DNA of 64,000 bases, taken from NCBI GenBank assembly GCA_052327205.1, contig CM126212.1, positions 23,560,001-23,624,000 of the forward strand, in the 5' to 3' direction. The translations under genes were made by a program, and so were the position numbers. Source of the DNA: Somniosus microcephalus. Taxonomy: Eukaryota. Positions 24,011-37,173 of the stretch are shown piece by piece. Position 1 is the first letter of the stretch, and each line of letters opens with the position of its first letter. Under the pieces are notes generated by a model. The model saw only the letters and a list, made by a program, of their open reading frames with translations. It was not told where the DNA came from and did no database searches.

Positions 24011-25051
24011 TTGTATTTCTTTGTTAGGTTACAAGGCACCGTCACAAGACAGACAATGGCTTACTAGGCTGTCATTCTCTTTCTCATACCAATGCTATCC
24101 TAATGCTGAAAGTTTTGATTAACATAGTCTACTCCTGTATATTCAAGTCATTTTTGGACAAAAACTTATTTGAATTATCGAGCCATTAACAGAGCACTTG
24201 TCATTTTTGTGCTTGCAGTAAACAAATTAATGAATGTGCCGAATGAAGTGACTGAATTAAAAGTAGATTGTATATAAATGCACACACACTAAGGTGTTTA
24301 AATTATGCTGTTTACTAGTTTAAAAAAAAATTCTGTCTGGGTCTCACATTCCCCTTCATTCGCAGAATATCCTGCAATGTGCTGACATTGAATGTCTTGC
24401 ACCTCGGCAAGTGTTGCGGAGGCTAAATTACAGCTTGCAAACAACCTTGAAAGCAAGGACATGTGGTTGTTTATGGGGACAGTTAGTACAGGGGAAAACT
24501 AGAGAGGCTGCAGTATGAAATACATCTGCGGTCATTTTCATCGCAATCACTCACCACAGCCACCACCTTTGCTTTGAAACCTAAAAAAGAATCAAATCTG
24601 TTTTGTGTGTTTTGCTCCCCAATGCTTTTCTGCCATCCAAGGAACTAACCCAAGGTAAGCCTTTGCCAGAAGCGAAGCTTTATTTTGAAGGTAATGCCAA
24701 CATTCAAACCCATCGCTGCAAATAGGAACAGAATGTAATGGAGGAGCATGTGCGGACTTGTTTACTTGTTATTAACTTGTGCCATATTTTAACACCTATT
24801 GTAAATCAGAGTGTGATGGGTGGACGTGCTACTTGAAAGAGAGGCTGCTTAGCTTTTAGTATACCAGCCTGGGCTGGGCTTCCTTCTAGAACAATCCCGT
24901 CGGCAAGACTGCACTTTGATTCTCTTTCATGTCCTTATATTGGAAATGTGCTGCGAGTTCATTCGTACAAGTCATCTAAATTGTCGTACAGCAATTTAAA
25001 CAACTTTCTGAAGTTCACGGCACTGCATGCCCATTGTTTAGGTGGGTGATC

Positions 25052-25496
25052 AAAGAACTTGCATTTATATGGCGCCTTTCCCGACCTCAGCCAATGAAGT
25101 ACTTTTGAAGTGTAGTCACTGTTGTAATGCAGGAAACACGGCAGCCAATTTGCGCACAGCAAGCTCCCACAAACAGCAATGTGATAATGAGCAGATCATC
25201 TGTTTTTTAGTGATGTTGGTTGAGGGATAAATATTGGCCAGGACACCGGGGAGAACTCCCCTGCTCTTCTTCGAATAGTGCCATGGGATCTTTTACGCCC
25301 ACCTGAGAGAGTAGACGGGGACTCGGTTTAACGTCTCATCTCAAAGACGGCACCTCGGACAGTGCAGCACTCCCTCTGCACCACACTGGAGCATCAGCCT
25401 AGATTGTTGTGCTCAAGTCCCTGGAGTGGGACTATGAACCCACAACCTTCTGACTCAGAGGTGAGAGAGTGCTACCCACAGAGCCACAGCTGACAC
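25052..25496 (-). mobile_element. Deu-SINE, near full length
   Basis: Reverse-complement match to head, central domain and tail. Confidence 0.85.
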
Positions 25497-26303
25497 AGGG
25501 AGAATTGAAGAGGAGATCATTTAAAGAGGGGAAAACTGCATTGTTAATCGAAAGCTGTTACTGATTAAACTGGCTCCTACTTTAGGTGTACTTTAGCGTC
25601 TATGGTTCCAATACAGTGCAATAAAAATCAAATGGTCATTCAACAAGCAGTCTGACTGAATTTATACTTTAAGATCCCACGCTGCAACATACTGAATCGT
25701 CACTGAAATGGTTGTTATTATTGCAACCTATTACAACACAGCCACCAACTAAATCGGTACTAGTTCTTGATAATGCATAGTACAGCAAGAGGCCGGGGTC
25801 TGTGCGAAAACCAAGCATAAAACTGCTATTAAATCGCACTCATTAGCAGACTCTGTTATTTGTGTACCAGCCGTTTTGCTCCTGGTCAATTCTTTTTTTT
25901 AATATATAAAAAAATCACACATAAATCTGGCTGAAATCTGTCTGGTTTAATTGGTGGAGCAACGATTCCTGTAGAACCCTCTTCATAGTTCACTTCCTTG
26001 CCCTACCCTTACTCGTTCTGCTGCACACCCACAATTAATCACTTCAGAGCTGCAAATATTGTAATCGTCCCGCCTTTAACAAAACTCTTGTCCGTTGTGC
26101 GCTGGCGATTGGAAGCCAGTCGATGGGTATTTACCGACGATGGAGCCCATCTATTGTGGTTTGGGAAAAGCACGTGATCGTGCCGGGGCTCTTGAAAAAA
26201 AATTAAATGTGCGTCTACGTGCGTGGGGTTACAGCTCACTCCTGTCCAACCTACAGATGGAATTCATCTTTCAAATCATTCAGAGACATGGGCTCCCATT
26301 GAT

Positions 26304-26460
26304 TCCCTTCTCCTCCTTCGAGACCCTCCTTAAAACCTACCTCTTTGACCAAGCTTTTGGTCGCCTCTCCTGACATCTCATGTGGCTCGGTGTTAAATTG
26401 TGTTTGATGGCGCTCCTGTGTTAAATTGTGTTAAAGGCGCCACATAAATGCAAGTTGTTG
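26304..26460 (+). mobile_element. L2 LINE 3' end
   Basis: CTCCTTAAAACCTACCTCTTTGACCAAGCTTTTGG (LLKTYLFDQAFG) and tail AAAGGCGC..ATAAATGCAAGTTGTTG. Confidence 0.75.
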
Positions 26461-28838
26461 ATGAGACATTCCTGCTGGCAGAGATTCACCCATGGGGAGC
26501 CCACTTCCACCCAGAGAGAGCCCCCTCCCCACCCCCCTGCAAAAGGTTTTTTTACTATTTTCTTCTGCCAATATATAATATTAAATTGTTTTTAAATCGT
26601 CATCGTGCTGTGTGCACCTGGGCATTTTTTTTTTGTGGAAATATATAATTTCTTTGTCAGATTTTAACCACAACAGAAGGTTACGTTAATGTAAAAGCAC
26701 TTAAGCTGTTTAAAGGGAAAACAGGAGATGTGTAATTTTCTGCGGTGAACGGCACAGCTCGACCCTGGCAGTGTCTACACGAGCGGGAGCTCCACATCCG
26801 ATCAGAAATGGTAAAGTTCACCGTCAGTATGACTTTCATTGTACTTCATTCCAAACGGGTTAAATATCTGTTGAGTATTTGCTATCACAAACGAGAGCAG
26901 AATCACCCTTTTTGCGTCAGTCCATCTCCCATTTGTTGCTGTGCGCAAGATAGCTCCTGACCTAGATCGACACGTAGAATGCCGCCTCTGTTCCTTTTTG
27001 CAGTGTGGCCTGACGGGATTGGGACTGGGGCGGACAACGGGAAAAAGCAAGAGTTGTGGAGAAGAGAAATGAAAAAAAAAGATATCAGCTGGTCTAACAG
27101 CTCCAAATCTGTGTCAAAGGGTATAGGAGCAACATATTTATACCGTGTATGAAGGATAAAAAATGGAACTGATTTTAAAGACAGATGATTTGGCTCAGTT
27201 TTGTCCCTCGAGTCCCACAGGAAACAATGAGGACTATACGTCTGGAATGGAAACAGATTCTGGAAACAAAACCTAGAGTCAAAACTTTATGGGTATCACA
27301 TTCCCTCCCGTGCCTTACACCATTAGCTGAGTTTCTTTCCTGGCCCCTTCCCCACCCATCCTTATTTCAATTTATGTGGATTGTCTCAAGTTTCTTTAAA
27401 CTTTTACCAATTTCAGAAACTATTCAAGTCCCAAAAGATTCACAACCAAAAATAAAAATTCAGCTTCACCACAAAAAACCCCGCTCAAGGACACAAAGAA
27501 AATTCAAATTCATTCTCAACCGTTCCGAATATCCATCAGCTAATCTTGGCATCACAGGGCTCATTAAGAGCACATCTCATCCATTATTGTTACTGTATTA
27601 ATGCTCATGCTGAATTCATGCAGTACAGTGGAACTAAATGAATATATTCTAATGCATAAAACATCTGGGTACCAACTTGTACAACATAATAAGGCTGGCG
27701 TCTTGTTTTAATATGTAATTTTGTTTTCAAAGTTTTGATATAATGATTTACAAATTCCTGCTGGGCATCATTAAGCCTGGGAAAAAAAAATGCTACTAGA
27801 ATGAATTTTATTCGAGATCCTTATTCATTCCTGCTATTTTAGGTTTCATTATGGGGAGACTTGGCAAAACAAAGTAAATTTTATAAAATGTTTCAGTCCC
27901 CACATTGACCAAGGACACCTAACTTCCATGCTACCTCTAAGTGGGGCACAGAATTCTCCACAATTGTTGTAAGTCAGGCTACAGATGTTACATTTGCAGT
28001 AGGGACAGGCATTATTTTTGGCTCTTGCTCGCTCTTCCCTTCCCTCTCCTCCCCCACCCTCCTCCATTCCCGCACCACCGTGGAGGAGCACTTGGCTTCC
28101 ACAGGGCCTGCCACCTAGTGGCTTGGAGGAATGTGGGCAAGACTCAACAACGCCAGGCATATTCAAGTCCCAGGCGATACTGGGGCTCAAACCCATGCCC
28201 ATCTGTTTTTCCAAACTGAACATGTCATTGCTAGTCTGCTCCGCAGTCAACAGGAAATGGATTCAGACACCATAAATAAGCTTTTTATTTTCCTTTCACA
28301 TATGTATGTTTTTTTTTTGGGTGGTTGAGGTGAGAGAAGATCCAGATTTAAAAAGCTGTTCTGCGATGATATGATTAGCAAGTTGCAGTGACACCTTTAA
28401 TAAACACTTATAATTGTACCATCATGAGCTGTAATTACAGAGACATCCTTAGCCTTTACTGTGCATCCGCATTTAACCTTTTGACTTTAATAAACAACAG
28501 AGCTGCCATTTGTTGTCCAATTAGCAAACTCCAAGCCGTACTTTATGTACAACTAGAGAAATGAAAAGAAGTTATGGGTTATCTGAGGAACATTTCAATT
28601 CGTAGCGCTTTTTAGTGAAGCGATCTAAAGGCCGCAGAAATCTGCGAGCTCATTCTTTCCAGCTGCTGCGTTCTGGAACGTTCCATGGAAACAGCTCGTA
28701 CATTTTGCACGTACGCGCCAAACACCTGCTCATGACACGGTGTGATCACATGTGCAAATAGTTCCCGTCACTCCAGGTATGCGCCTACCCTTACTGTTAG
28801 CAGGGTGTGAAGTCGTTCAGTCATACAGTTAACATGTG

Positions 28839-28843
<5 letters not shown>

Positions 28844-28879
<36 letters not shown>
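28844..28879. repeat. (TG)n microsatellite
   Basis: Perfect TG run. Confidence 0.95.
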
Positions 28880-28881
<2 letters not shown>

Positions 28882-29954
28882 ATACACATGTGTAGAAACA
28901 GAAATCAAGGATGAAAATAGCGGGATTTGATGAATTACAATCTTAAGACATTAACCCGTATTTAGCTGGATGAAGTTATTTCTTATTGCAGTATTGGAAC
29001 CCCAGGCCTGTATATTATTTAAATAGTTCATATAATATGCCAAGTCCTGCAATGACAAGGAGACTGGGGCAGTTTTCAGCCAGGTAAAAAAAAATGATAT
29101 ATAATGAATATCCTTTATCATTTTGATCCTTCGCTAGAATCGGCCCCGGTCTCCTTGTCACTCGAGGATTTCACACACGTAACTTTTGATGTAAAGCTGC
29201 CATAGGAGGGCATTTGAACAGCAGAACCACTGTGAGGAGTGGAAAAAGATACTAAATATGGCCACGAGCAGCCAACAGACAGAAAAGGAATAGGCAGCCA
29301 CTGCAGAACTATGATCCGGCCTTTAGCCACCATCACTGGTGCTGAGGATTATGTACACCGCGCGGGCCATGACCTTGGCGATGTGGCGGGTGACGATGGT
29401 ATATATTTGTACCACACACTTTTTTCTTTTCTTAATTAACTCCTTTTAGAAGTTGCGAGAATGCCACCACACTTGGTCACAGCACTTGATACCATGAAGC
29501 TCGCTTACATACTGAGCATTTCCAACCTGTCTACAGGATTGTGCTAGCTGACCAGATGTTTCTCTTTTAGTTTTTTTGTTTTTGGTTGTCCTTCACGAAC
29601 CTTTATTAAAACACATCTTTCACCTGCGCTGTTTCGGGTCAGATTCCGTAGACTGAGATCCGTGAGCCGGCTCGCACTGTTACAACAACTACAACAACTT
29701 GTATTGACATAGCGCCTTTAATGTGGTAAAACGTCCCAAGGCGCTGCAGGGCTTCTTTCCACCTCACTTTACCTGCCGGAAAACTTGTGCACCCACGGGA
29801 ATCTGTCGGAGCCCGCCGCCAGGACGAGGGAGTCGGAATTAGCAATGTTAGCTGTCAAGAGCTGGTTCACGGTGGACGATTTACCAGAATCCCAGCTTAA
29901 ACCTCGGTGTCCTATTCAACCCTGAGCCCAGCTCCCCAATCCCCATATCCTATT

Positions 29955-30592
29955 GACCCCAAAGACTGCCTACTTCCGCCTCCGTACCACAGCCGCCTCG
30001 GCCCATCCACCACTGAAACCCTCATCCATACCTCTGCCTCCAAACTCCATCCATTTACATCCAGCCTCCGATCCACCAGATCAACTCACACAACGTTCTG
30101 TTGCCCATATTCGATGTCACACCAAGTCCTACTTGCCCATTGCCCTTCTCTGTGCTGACCGACAGTGGCTCCCTGTCCCCCAATGACTCAAATTTAAAAT
30201 TCTCGTCCTTGTATTTAAATCCCTTCATGGACTCACCTCTCCCTATCTCTGTAACCTCCTCTAGCCCCAAACCATGTAACGTCCCTATGAAACCTGCTCT
30301 TCTCCCAAACTCTCCATTCACCCGACTCTGATTTCTTTGCCCCACCATTGGTGGCCGTGCCTTTAGCCACCTGGGCCCCATGCTCTGGGATTCCCGCCGT
30401 AAACTTCTCCACCTCTCTACAACCTTCTCCTTCTTTAAGACCCTCCTTAAAACGCAACTCTTTGACCAAGCTTTTGGTTACCCCTCTCAATCTCTCCTTC
30501 CTTGGCTCGGCACCCGTTTAATTCCTCACGCCTCTGTGAAGCACCTTGGGATATTCTTTCCAAGTTCGAGGTGCTATATGAATGCAAGTTGT
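29955..30592 (+). mobile_element. L2 LINE 3' fragment with ORF2 remnant
   Basis: KTAYF..., TETLIH..., QWLPVPQ, FKTLLKTQLFDQAFG remnants, followed by the L2 tail. A short inverted L2 tail also lies at ~29680-29748. Confidence 0.8.
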
Positions 30593-30684
30593 TTAAACAG
30601 GGCCAGTGAAAAAGCGTCTTTACAAGAAAGGTTGAGGCAATGTTGTCAAACATATGGAAATCCACACCACCAAATTCCACAGAC

Positions 30685-31598
30685 TTTACAGCACAGAAAC
30701 AGGCCATTCGGCCCAATAGGTCTATGCCGGTGTTTATGCTCCACACGAGCCTCCTCCCATTATAGACTTAATGGCACAGTTCTAAAGAGTGTGCAGGGAC
30801 AGAGGGACCTGGGGGTTCATGTGCATAGATCTTTGAAGGTGGCAGGACATATTGAGAGAGTAGTTAGCAAAGCATATGGGATCTTGGGCTTCATAAATAG
30901 GGGTATTGAGTACAAAAGCAAGGAAGTTATGCTGAACCTTTATAAAGCTCTGGTTAGGCAACAACTAGAGTATTGCGTCCAGTTCTGGTCACCACACTTT
31001 AGGAAGGATGTGAAGGCCTTTGAGAGGGTGCAGAGGAGGTTTACCAGAATGGTTCCAGGGATGAGGGATTTTAGCTACAAGGTTAGGTTGGAGAAGCTGG
31101 GGTTGTTCTCCTTGGAGCAAAGAAGGTTGAGGGGAGATTTAATAGAGGTGTACAAGATTATGACGGGTTTGGATAGGCTAGACCAGGAAAGGCTGTTCCC
31201 ATTAGCTGATGGTACAAGGACTAGGGGACACAGATTTAAGGTTTTGGGCAAGAGATACAGGGGGGATGTGAGGAAGAACTGTTTTACGCAGCGAGTGGTG
31301 AGGACCTGGAACTCGCTGCCGACGAGGGTGGTGGAAGCGGAGACGATCAATGATTTCAAAAGGAAATTGGATCGGCACTGGAGGGAAATAAACTTGCAGG
31401 GCTACGGGGATAGAGCGAGGGAATGGGACTGACTGGATTGCTCCACAGAGAGCTGGCACGAACTCGATGGGCCGAATGGCCTCCTTCTGTGCCGCAATGA
31501 CTCTATAACTATGACTCTATGACCTTACTTCATCTCACCCTATCAACATATCCTTCTAATCCTTTCTCCCTCCTGTACTTATCTAGCTTCCTCTTAAA
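30685..31598 (-). mobile_element. CR1 3' tail (30685-30759 + 31523-31598) split by an opposite-strand CR1
   Basis: CCACACGAGCCTCCTCCCA | CCTTACTTCATCTCACCCTATC rejoin to the contiguous tail seen at 38475-38622. Confidence 0.75.
30760..31522 (+). mobile_element. CR1 LINE 3' fragment with open ORF2 C-terminus
   Basis: YRLNGTVL...QRDLGVHVH...LEYCVQFWSPHFRKD...RRLRGDLIEVYKI...GYGDRAREWD*; (ACTCTATG)n tail. Confidence 0.95.
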
Positions 31599-31638
31599 GA
31601 CTTGAAAGAAAGTCAGCAAGCAAGGCAGGCATGCTTCC

Positions 31639-31900
31639 AACAACAACAACAACGTGTATTTATATAGCACCTTTAACATAGTAAAATGTCCCACGGCGCT
31701 TCTCAGGAGAGTTATAAAACAAAATTTGACACCGCGCCACATAGGAGATATTAGGGCAGATTGGTCAAAGAGGTAGTTTTTAAGGAGCGTCTTAAAGGAG
31801 GAAAGAGAGGTAGAGAGGTTTAGGGAGGGAATTCCAGAGCTGAGAGCCATGGCAGCTGAAGGCACGGCCGCCAACAGTAGAGCGATTAAAATCTAGATGT
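31639..31900 (-). mobile_element. L2 LINE 3' end
   Basis: SFKTLLKNYLFDQ remnant and (CAA)n tail on the plus strand. Confidence 0.8.
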
Positions 31901-32527
31901 CAATCCCTCCCTCCGGTCCCAGTCTTTAAAGAGTTAATAATTGTGACCTTAATCTCTCCAGGGGATGGTCATTATCTCCAACCCCCGGCGGCGAGAGGAA
32001 GTGATTCCTCACACCTTCCTCAGTGATACCATGTTACAAGAAATGTCTTTCTGTGATTAGATTTGCTCCGCTGCACCCAGTTTGAGATTTCTACCGTGAG
32101 AAATCGGAGACCCTTGTGTTCAATGCAGGGAATTCTCCAAAAATGGTCCTGGGTGAAATACTCCTCGACCACAATCAGGTCACCAGGGTGCGTCTGCACA
32201 TGGCCACCAGTCGGATCCATTCTTAGTGTCTGGTAGTCACAGCCACCAAGCCACACGTAGCATTTTATAAACAATCTGCTCGATTCCATTAAGAACCTGG
32301 GGATTGTGGCCAGCATCAGGCAACATCAGACAAGCAACATTTATTTACAAAAACAAAAGCATTTGGCACAGAGCATGCAGTGAGCACGTGTCATTACCAG
32401 CGACGGGGTGACCCTGTCAGGCCTGAATTGTTCTGCAGTGTCACAAAATATTCAACCGCATCTCTTCAGTCAGCTTCCTCCCCCAGTGCATTGCACATTT
32501 TAAGAAGTTAGATTGTAGCTCCCCACC

Positions 32528-32930
32528 TGTGTGTCTCGGCATGTGTGTGTGTTGTGTGTGTGTGTGTCTTGACGTGTGTGTGTCTCGACATTGTGTGTTC
32601 GTGTGTCTACATGTGTGTGTCTCGACGTGTGTATGTGTGTCTACATGTGTGTGTCTACGTGTGTGTCTACATGTGTGTGTCTACATGAGTGTGTCTATGT
32701 GTGTGTTTACGTGTGTGTCTACGTGTGCATCTTGACATGTGTCTACGTGTGTGTCTCGACATGTATGTGTGTGTCTCGACGTGTGTCTATGTGTGTGTGT
32801 CTCGACATGTATGTGTGTGTCTACATGTGTGTGTGTCTACATGTATGTGTGTGTCTTGACATATGTGTCTGCGTGTCTTGGCATGTGTGTGTCTACCTGT
32901 GTGTGTGTGTGTGTCTACCTGTGTGTGTGG
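32528..32930. repeat. TG-rich degenerate minisatellite ((TG)n-TCTACA / TCTCGAC units)
   Basis: About 400 bp of repeated TGTGTGTGTCTACA-like units. Confidence 0.9.
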
Positions 32931-34257
32931 GCATCAAAAGAAGTCTCGACTGGGCTTGGCTGTGATGCCTTCCCCTGTGTGCGTGAATAGCCAGCCAACA
33001 CTCGCTACCAAGGCTCACACATGAGCAATGGGTGGGATACCAGAAGGTGCCCAGCATCCACAAAACTCTACCTCAGCAAGGGCTCAATGTCATCGGAAGT
33101 GTGCTCGGGAGAAAGCTGGCAAGGAAGGAACAGAATTCCAAATGTACATGCTCGGGGATGGCTCGGTGTGAAAGTGCGCTTCCCGGGTGCCCCTGAGCTT
33201 TAAGGGCCAGGACGGTTTAATGGCAGGTAGAATGGCAGTAGAGACACTACACAAGGCTTACTTTGGCTAGGCCGGTCAGGGTTCCCGCTCCTGATTACTG
33301 TGCAGGAACTCGGGCTTGTAAGTGCATGTGTGGAAAGGACCAGCTCTCTCTGCTGACACTCACTGTCCAGGTTCATGTGTTAAGCATGGGCATTTTTGGG
33401 CGTGGTGCTGGAGGATTGTTCGTGCCTATGGACTTGTACCCCAGCGCCTCCTGGAAAAGAGGGCAGAAAATTCGGCGGCGGGGAAATTCAAACCATTTGA
33501 CACTTGGGTTTTCACAAATAAAAATCACAATCTTCACTATTGCCATGAAGGATAACTTGTTTTATTTTCATCTTTGTTACCGCCAGTTATTCATACACAA
33601 GCATTGTTATTTTCCTCAGATCCTTTCACACTGGCTCATGGCTGGAACGACCATTAGTTGGAGCAGTGTTGGGGAGAATGTTTTATCAGAGCTGTGCCAG
33701 CCTGAGCCAGATTCCGCTGGATATTGTTACCGAGTCTGCCAGTTCTTCAACAGTGCTGTGCCAGGCAGCCACAGCAAATGTAATCTCACTGCGACCAAAC
33801 ATCCATTGACATGGGCTGCACGGCACTTTGTTTTATGAAGAGAAATACAGCTGGAATGTAAAAGAATGAGTGCGATATGGAAATGCCACAATCTGTTCCG
33901 TTTGACCAGCATTATTGTAAATCGCCAAGTTTACGCTCGGCCACGTGTTTCCTTGTAACTTGCTGATACTGGCTCTGGTGCCAGAATCTGGGACGGTACC
34001 AGAGACAGATTTCTTCAATTATGCATCAGTTATACTGTCCATGTGGCAATGAACGCGCGGGTGGGAAATGAGGTCACCACAATGGTATGCTTCATGATGG
34101 ATCAGATCGAGGAACAATATGGAATAGGAACTTGCAGCTATACCGTTACACGGACAGCAAACAGTAAACGCAGACGTAGTGGTCATAATGCACATTGGAA
34201 AAACTCATTTCAGAGGTGTTTTAGCTCCAGTATAATCAGTCCATACAACCCAGTACG

Positions 34258-34580
34258 GAGGTCACTGCATTATCAGAGGTGCCACCCTGTGAATGAGACA
34301 CTAAATTGAGGCGCTATCTTCCTGTTCGGGTGCATGTACAAGATCCCATTCAAAGAAGAGCAAGGGATGTCTCCATGTGTCCCCGGTCAATATTGATCCC
34401 TCTACTAACAGCACCAAAGTAGATTAACTGGTCTTTTGTCTCATTTGCTGTACACAAGTTGGCTGGCACATTTGCCTACATACCAGTGACTTCACTTCGA
34501 AAGCAATTCATTGGGTGTAAAGCGCTATGGGATGTCCTGAGGATGTGTATGGTGCTATATAAATGCAAGTTCTTTCTTTC
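34258..34580 (+). mobile_element. Diverged Deu-SINE body and tail
   Basis: CAGAGGTGCC..GAATGAGAC..AAGATCCCAT..AAGAAGAGCA..GGTGCTATATAAATGCAAG. Confidence 0.7.
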
Positions 34581-34739
34581 CCTCTATGTAACCAAACTTC
34601 AGTAGCGGATCATACAAGGTGACCTGAAGCACCTATTCGTGGGGCTTACAGTCTAGCTTCACCCCCATCCATGTCACATCACGTCAGACCAGATCAAACT
34701 ACAGTAAGTCGCATGCTGCACGAGGTTGGTGGGCATCCT

Positions 34740-34997
34740 CGATTTTCATCGCCCCACCATCGGTGGCCGCGCCTTCAGCCCTCTAGACCCTAAGCTCTGG
34801 AATTCCCTCCCTAAACCTCTCTGCATCGCTACCTCTCCCTCCTCCTTTAAGACGCTGCTTCGAACCTACCTCTTTGACCGAGCTTTGAGTCACCTGCCCT
34901 AATATCTCCATATGTGGCTCGGTGTCAAATTGTGTTTGATAATCACTCCGGTGAAGTGTATTGGGATATTTTACTAAGTTAAGGCAAGTTGTTGTTG
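34740..34997 (+). mobile_element. L2 LINE 3' end
   Basis: CCCCACCATCGGTGGCCGCGCCTTCAGC...CTCTGGAATTCCCTCCC...ACCTCTTTGACC; (GTT)n tail. Confidence 0.8.
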
Positions 34998-35384
34998 ATA
35001 CGAGAGAGCTCAAGATTCAAGCAAAACACTTTACAATAGTCACATCTCTATCTCCTTGCTGGGGTGCTGCAGTGGGAGTTTTGTGATAAATCTTATAGTG
35101 AGGGTTTGTGAGAAGGCTTCATCCAGGATACACACTGAAAATAACATTAAAGCTACCGGTTCCTTTTACAGGACATATATATCTCTGCAAATGTATGATG
35201 TTTCTGAAGAGAGAGATCTGTTTTAGATGTTTCCTTTATCTGCGCCCTGCATTACTTCAAAATATTTGGCCTTGTTTTAAAAAGATGACAAAGAGCATGC
35301 GGAATTTAAGACCTGGAATAATTCTAAGAACTGATACTAGGGCTTCGTGAAGACTCAGCCATTTATTCAGTGAAGCAGAGGAGC

Positions 35385-35690
35385 AGGGGTTTGAGGCTGA
35401 GTCTGTGCTGAGCCAGATGGTCTCAGCTGGGTTACGGCAGGTGTGCTACAATTAGCCTCAGCACCTTTGGGAGGGGGGACAATCTACAAGGGATTCCGTG
35501 ATCCCTGCTGGAAGCACTGCGGTCGTGAACAGCAGGTGAGGTCGGGATGCGGTTAGCACGGCCCCTGTGGGCGAATCGCCTGCAGATGCCACCACAGTTC
35601 AAAGGTGAAGGATGGCCACTCAAGTGAGGTGCTGGAGGAGGATAGATTCTGTGAAATTACAGCCAAACAACGCCTTTTAGGTGGGTTGGA
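35385..35690 (+). mobile_element. Degenerate LF-SINE-like element
   Basis: TCTGTGCTGAG..GGTCTCAGC..CTACAATTAGCCTCAGC..GATGGCCACT..GAGGTGCTGGAGG; similar to 39030-39710. Confidence 0.5.
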
Positions 35691-35862
35691 AAACAGGCGG
35701 AGGAACTTATCGAAAGAGTCATTGATATTAAAATGAAAAAATAATCCATTATATTTTAAACCTAGTTACAAAATGGTTGAACTAATGATATTTAAAGTTC
35801 AACTTTATATTTTAGAATTGCATTGGTCGATCGGTGACTTTGTTGAAATGCGCGATTTCCTT

Positions 35863-36088
35863 CGCCCCCCCCCCCCCCCCCACCATTGGCAGCCGTGCCC
35901 TAAGCTCTGGAATTCCCTCCCTAAACATATCTACCTTGCTTTCCTCCTGTAGGATGCTCCTTAAAACCTACCTCTTTCCCTGTCCTAATACCTTCGTACG
36001 TGGCTCGGTGTCAATTTTTGTCTGATAACGCTCCTGTACAGCGCCTTGGAACATTTAACTACGTTAAAGGCGCTATATAAATACAAAT
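35863..36088 (+). mobile_element. L2 LINE 3' end
   Basis: Same motifs as 34740-34997; tail TTAAAGGCGCTATATAAAT. Confidence 0.8.
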
Positions 36089-36761
36089 TATCATTATATA
36101 CCTGGGTAATGAGATCTGAAACAGCTGAACGATATATTGATGAGGTGTAAACTGCAGGTTAACGGTGGCAGCTTCAGTTTACCTGTACTGTAGCACTGGC
36201 GGATAACCAAACGCTTCACTTTACAAGGAGGCGGTTACTCCTTTTTGGCCGTGCGGTTACTGAAATCTTCCAGCGTGGCGGTATTTCAGCGCATCATACT
36301 GTTGAAGGGAAATGTTTTAAAACTGACATCCTGACATGAAGCGGGTTCCACTCTGTGCTGCTTGCATTCTCCAGTGAGAGCCTGTCGGAGTGAAGCTGTC
36401 CAGAGCATGGGAGCTGACTCTTTAGTCTGAAGACTCACGATTCTTGGCAGATTGATCCACCAGCCATGGATGACTAAGTCCTTCAGTTTAGTGAGCCTGC
36501 ATCCCTTTTGCGCCCTGGTGCCAAACCGTCTCTCAATTTAAAGATAGCGGATCGTTTCACTGGCCTGGACAAACCAGTACTTTAGAGACTATGGCGAATA
36601 ACACCAAGGCAAAATGAAAGCACAGCGCCACATTAAACAAAAAGATTTAATAGCATATAGTTCAGAATCTTTACTAGCCTGTTTCTTATGGGATTGCATG
36701 CCAGATTCACTGAATGAACCCAGTGCCATTGTCTCTCCGAGCTGGTCAGTGGGATTATACC

Positions 36762-36906
36762 CAATGTTCCCATTAAGACACGTGGCCACGCAGCGGCTGT
36801 TCACCGGCCTTTAAATGGAAAAACCGCGCATGCGTCGAGATTTGAATGGGCCGTGCAGCCCATTAAAGGGCCTGCGCACCAAAAAAAAAAATTAGAGGGG
36901 ACATTG
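36762..36906. mobile_element. Small hAT-like MITE (145 bp)
   Basis: Imperfect TIRs CAATGTTCCCATTAA ... TTAGAGGGGACATTG. The 8-bp flanks ATTATACC / GTTGTGCC differ only by three A/G transitions. Confidence 0.55.
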
Positions 36907-37173
36907 GTTGTGCCCCATTCACAAACTAGCAGGTAATAGAGAGGAGGGAGAGGGGGAGAAGAAATGACCACTTGAGTACCAATTGTTCCTACCCAGCAGT
37001 CCTTCCCTGACTTAAATCATCGTGAAGGGGCTACCAGAAACAATTGGAAAGATTTTTTTTTTTTTTAAAAGACTGAAGGGGAAAAATGCCTGCATAAACA
37101 AGCATGACGTGAGCAATCACATGCATACACCATGAGTAGACTAATTTTTGTGGGGTTTTTTTTACTTAATTTC

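Noticed and set aside
27849-28328. Cluster of overlapping ORFs as a possible TNRC18 exon
   Set aside because: No resemblance to TNRC18 or any protein I recognise, and no convincing splice-site pair.
30380-31432. 350-aa ORF as a novel or domesticated gene
   Set aside because: Chance in-frame join of an L2 end, an antisense CR1 tail and a young CR1 ORF2 C-terminus. It lacks the RT core and shows no gene structure.
32020-32316. 98-aa minus-strand ORF with protein-like composition
   Set aside because: No recognisable family and no supporting splice or poly(A) signals; a BLASTx search would be needed to revive it.
32529-32990. Cys/Val-rich, metallothionein-looking ORFs
   Set aside because: Translation of a TG-rich repeat.
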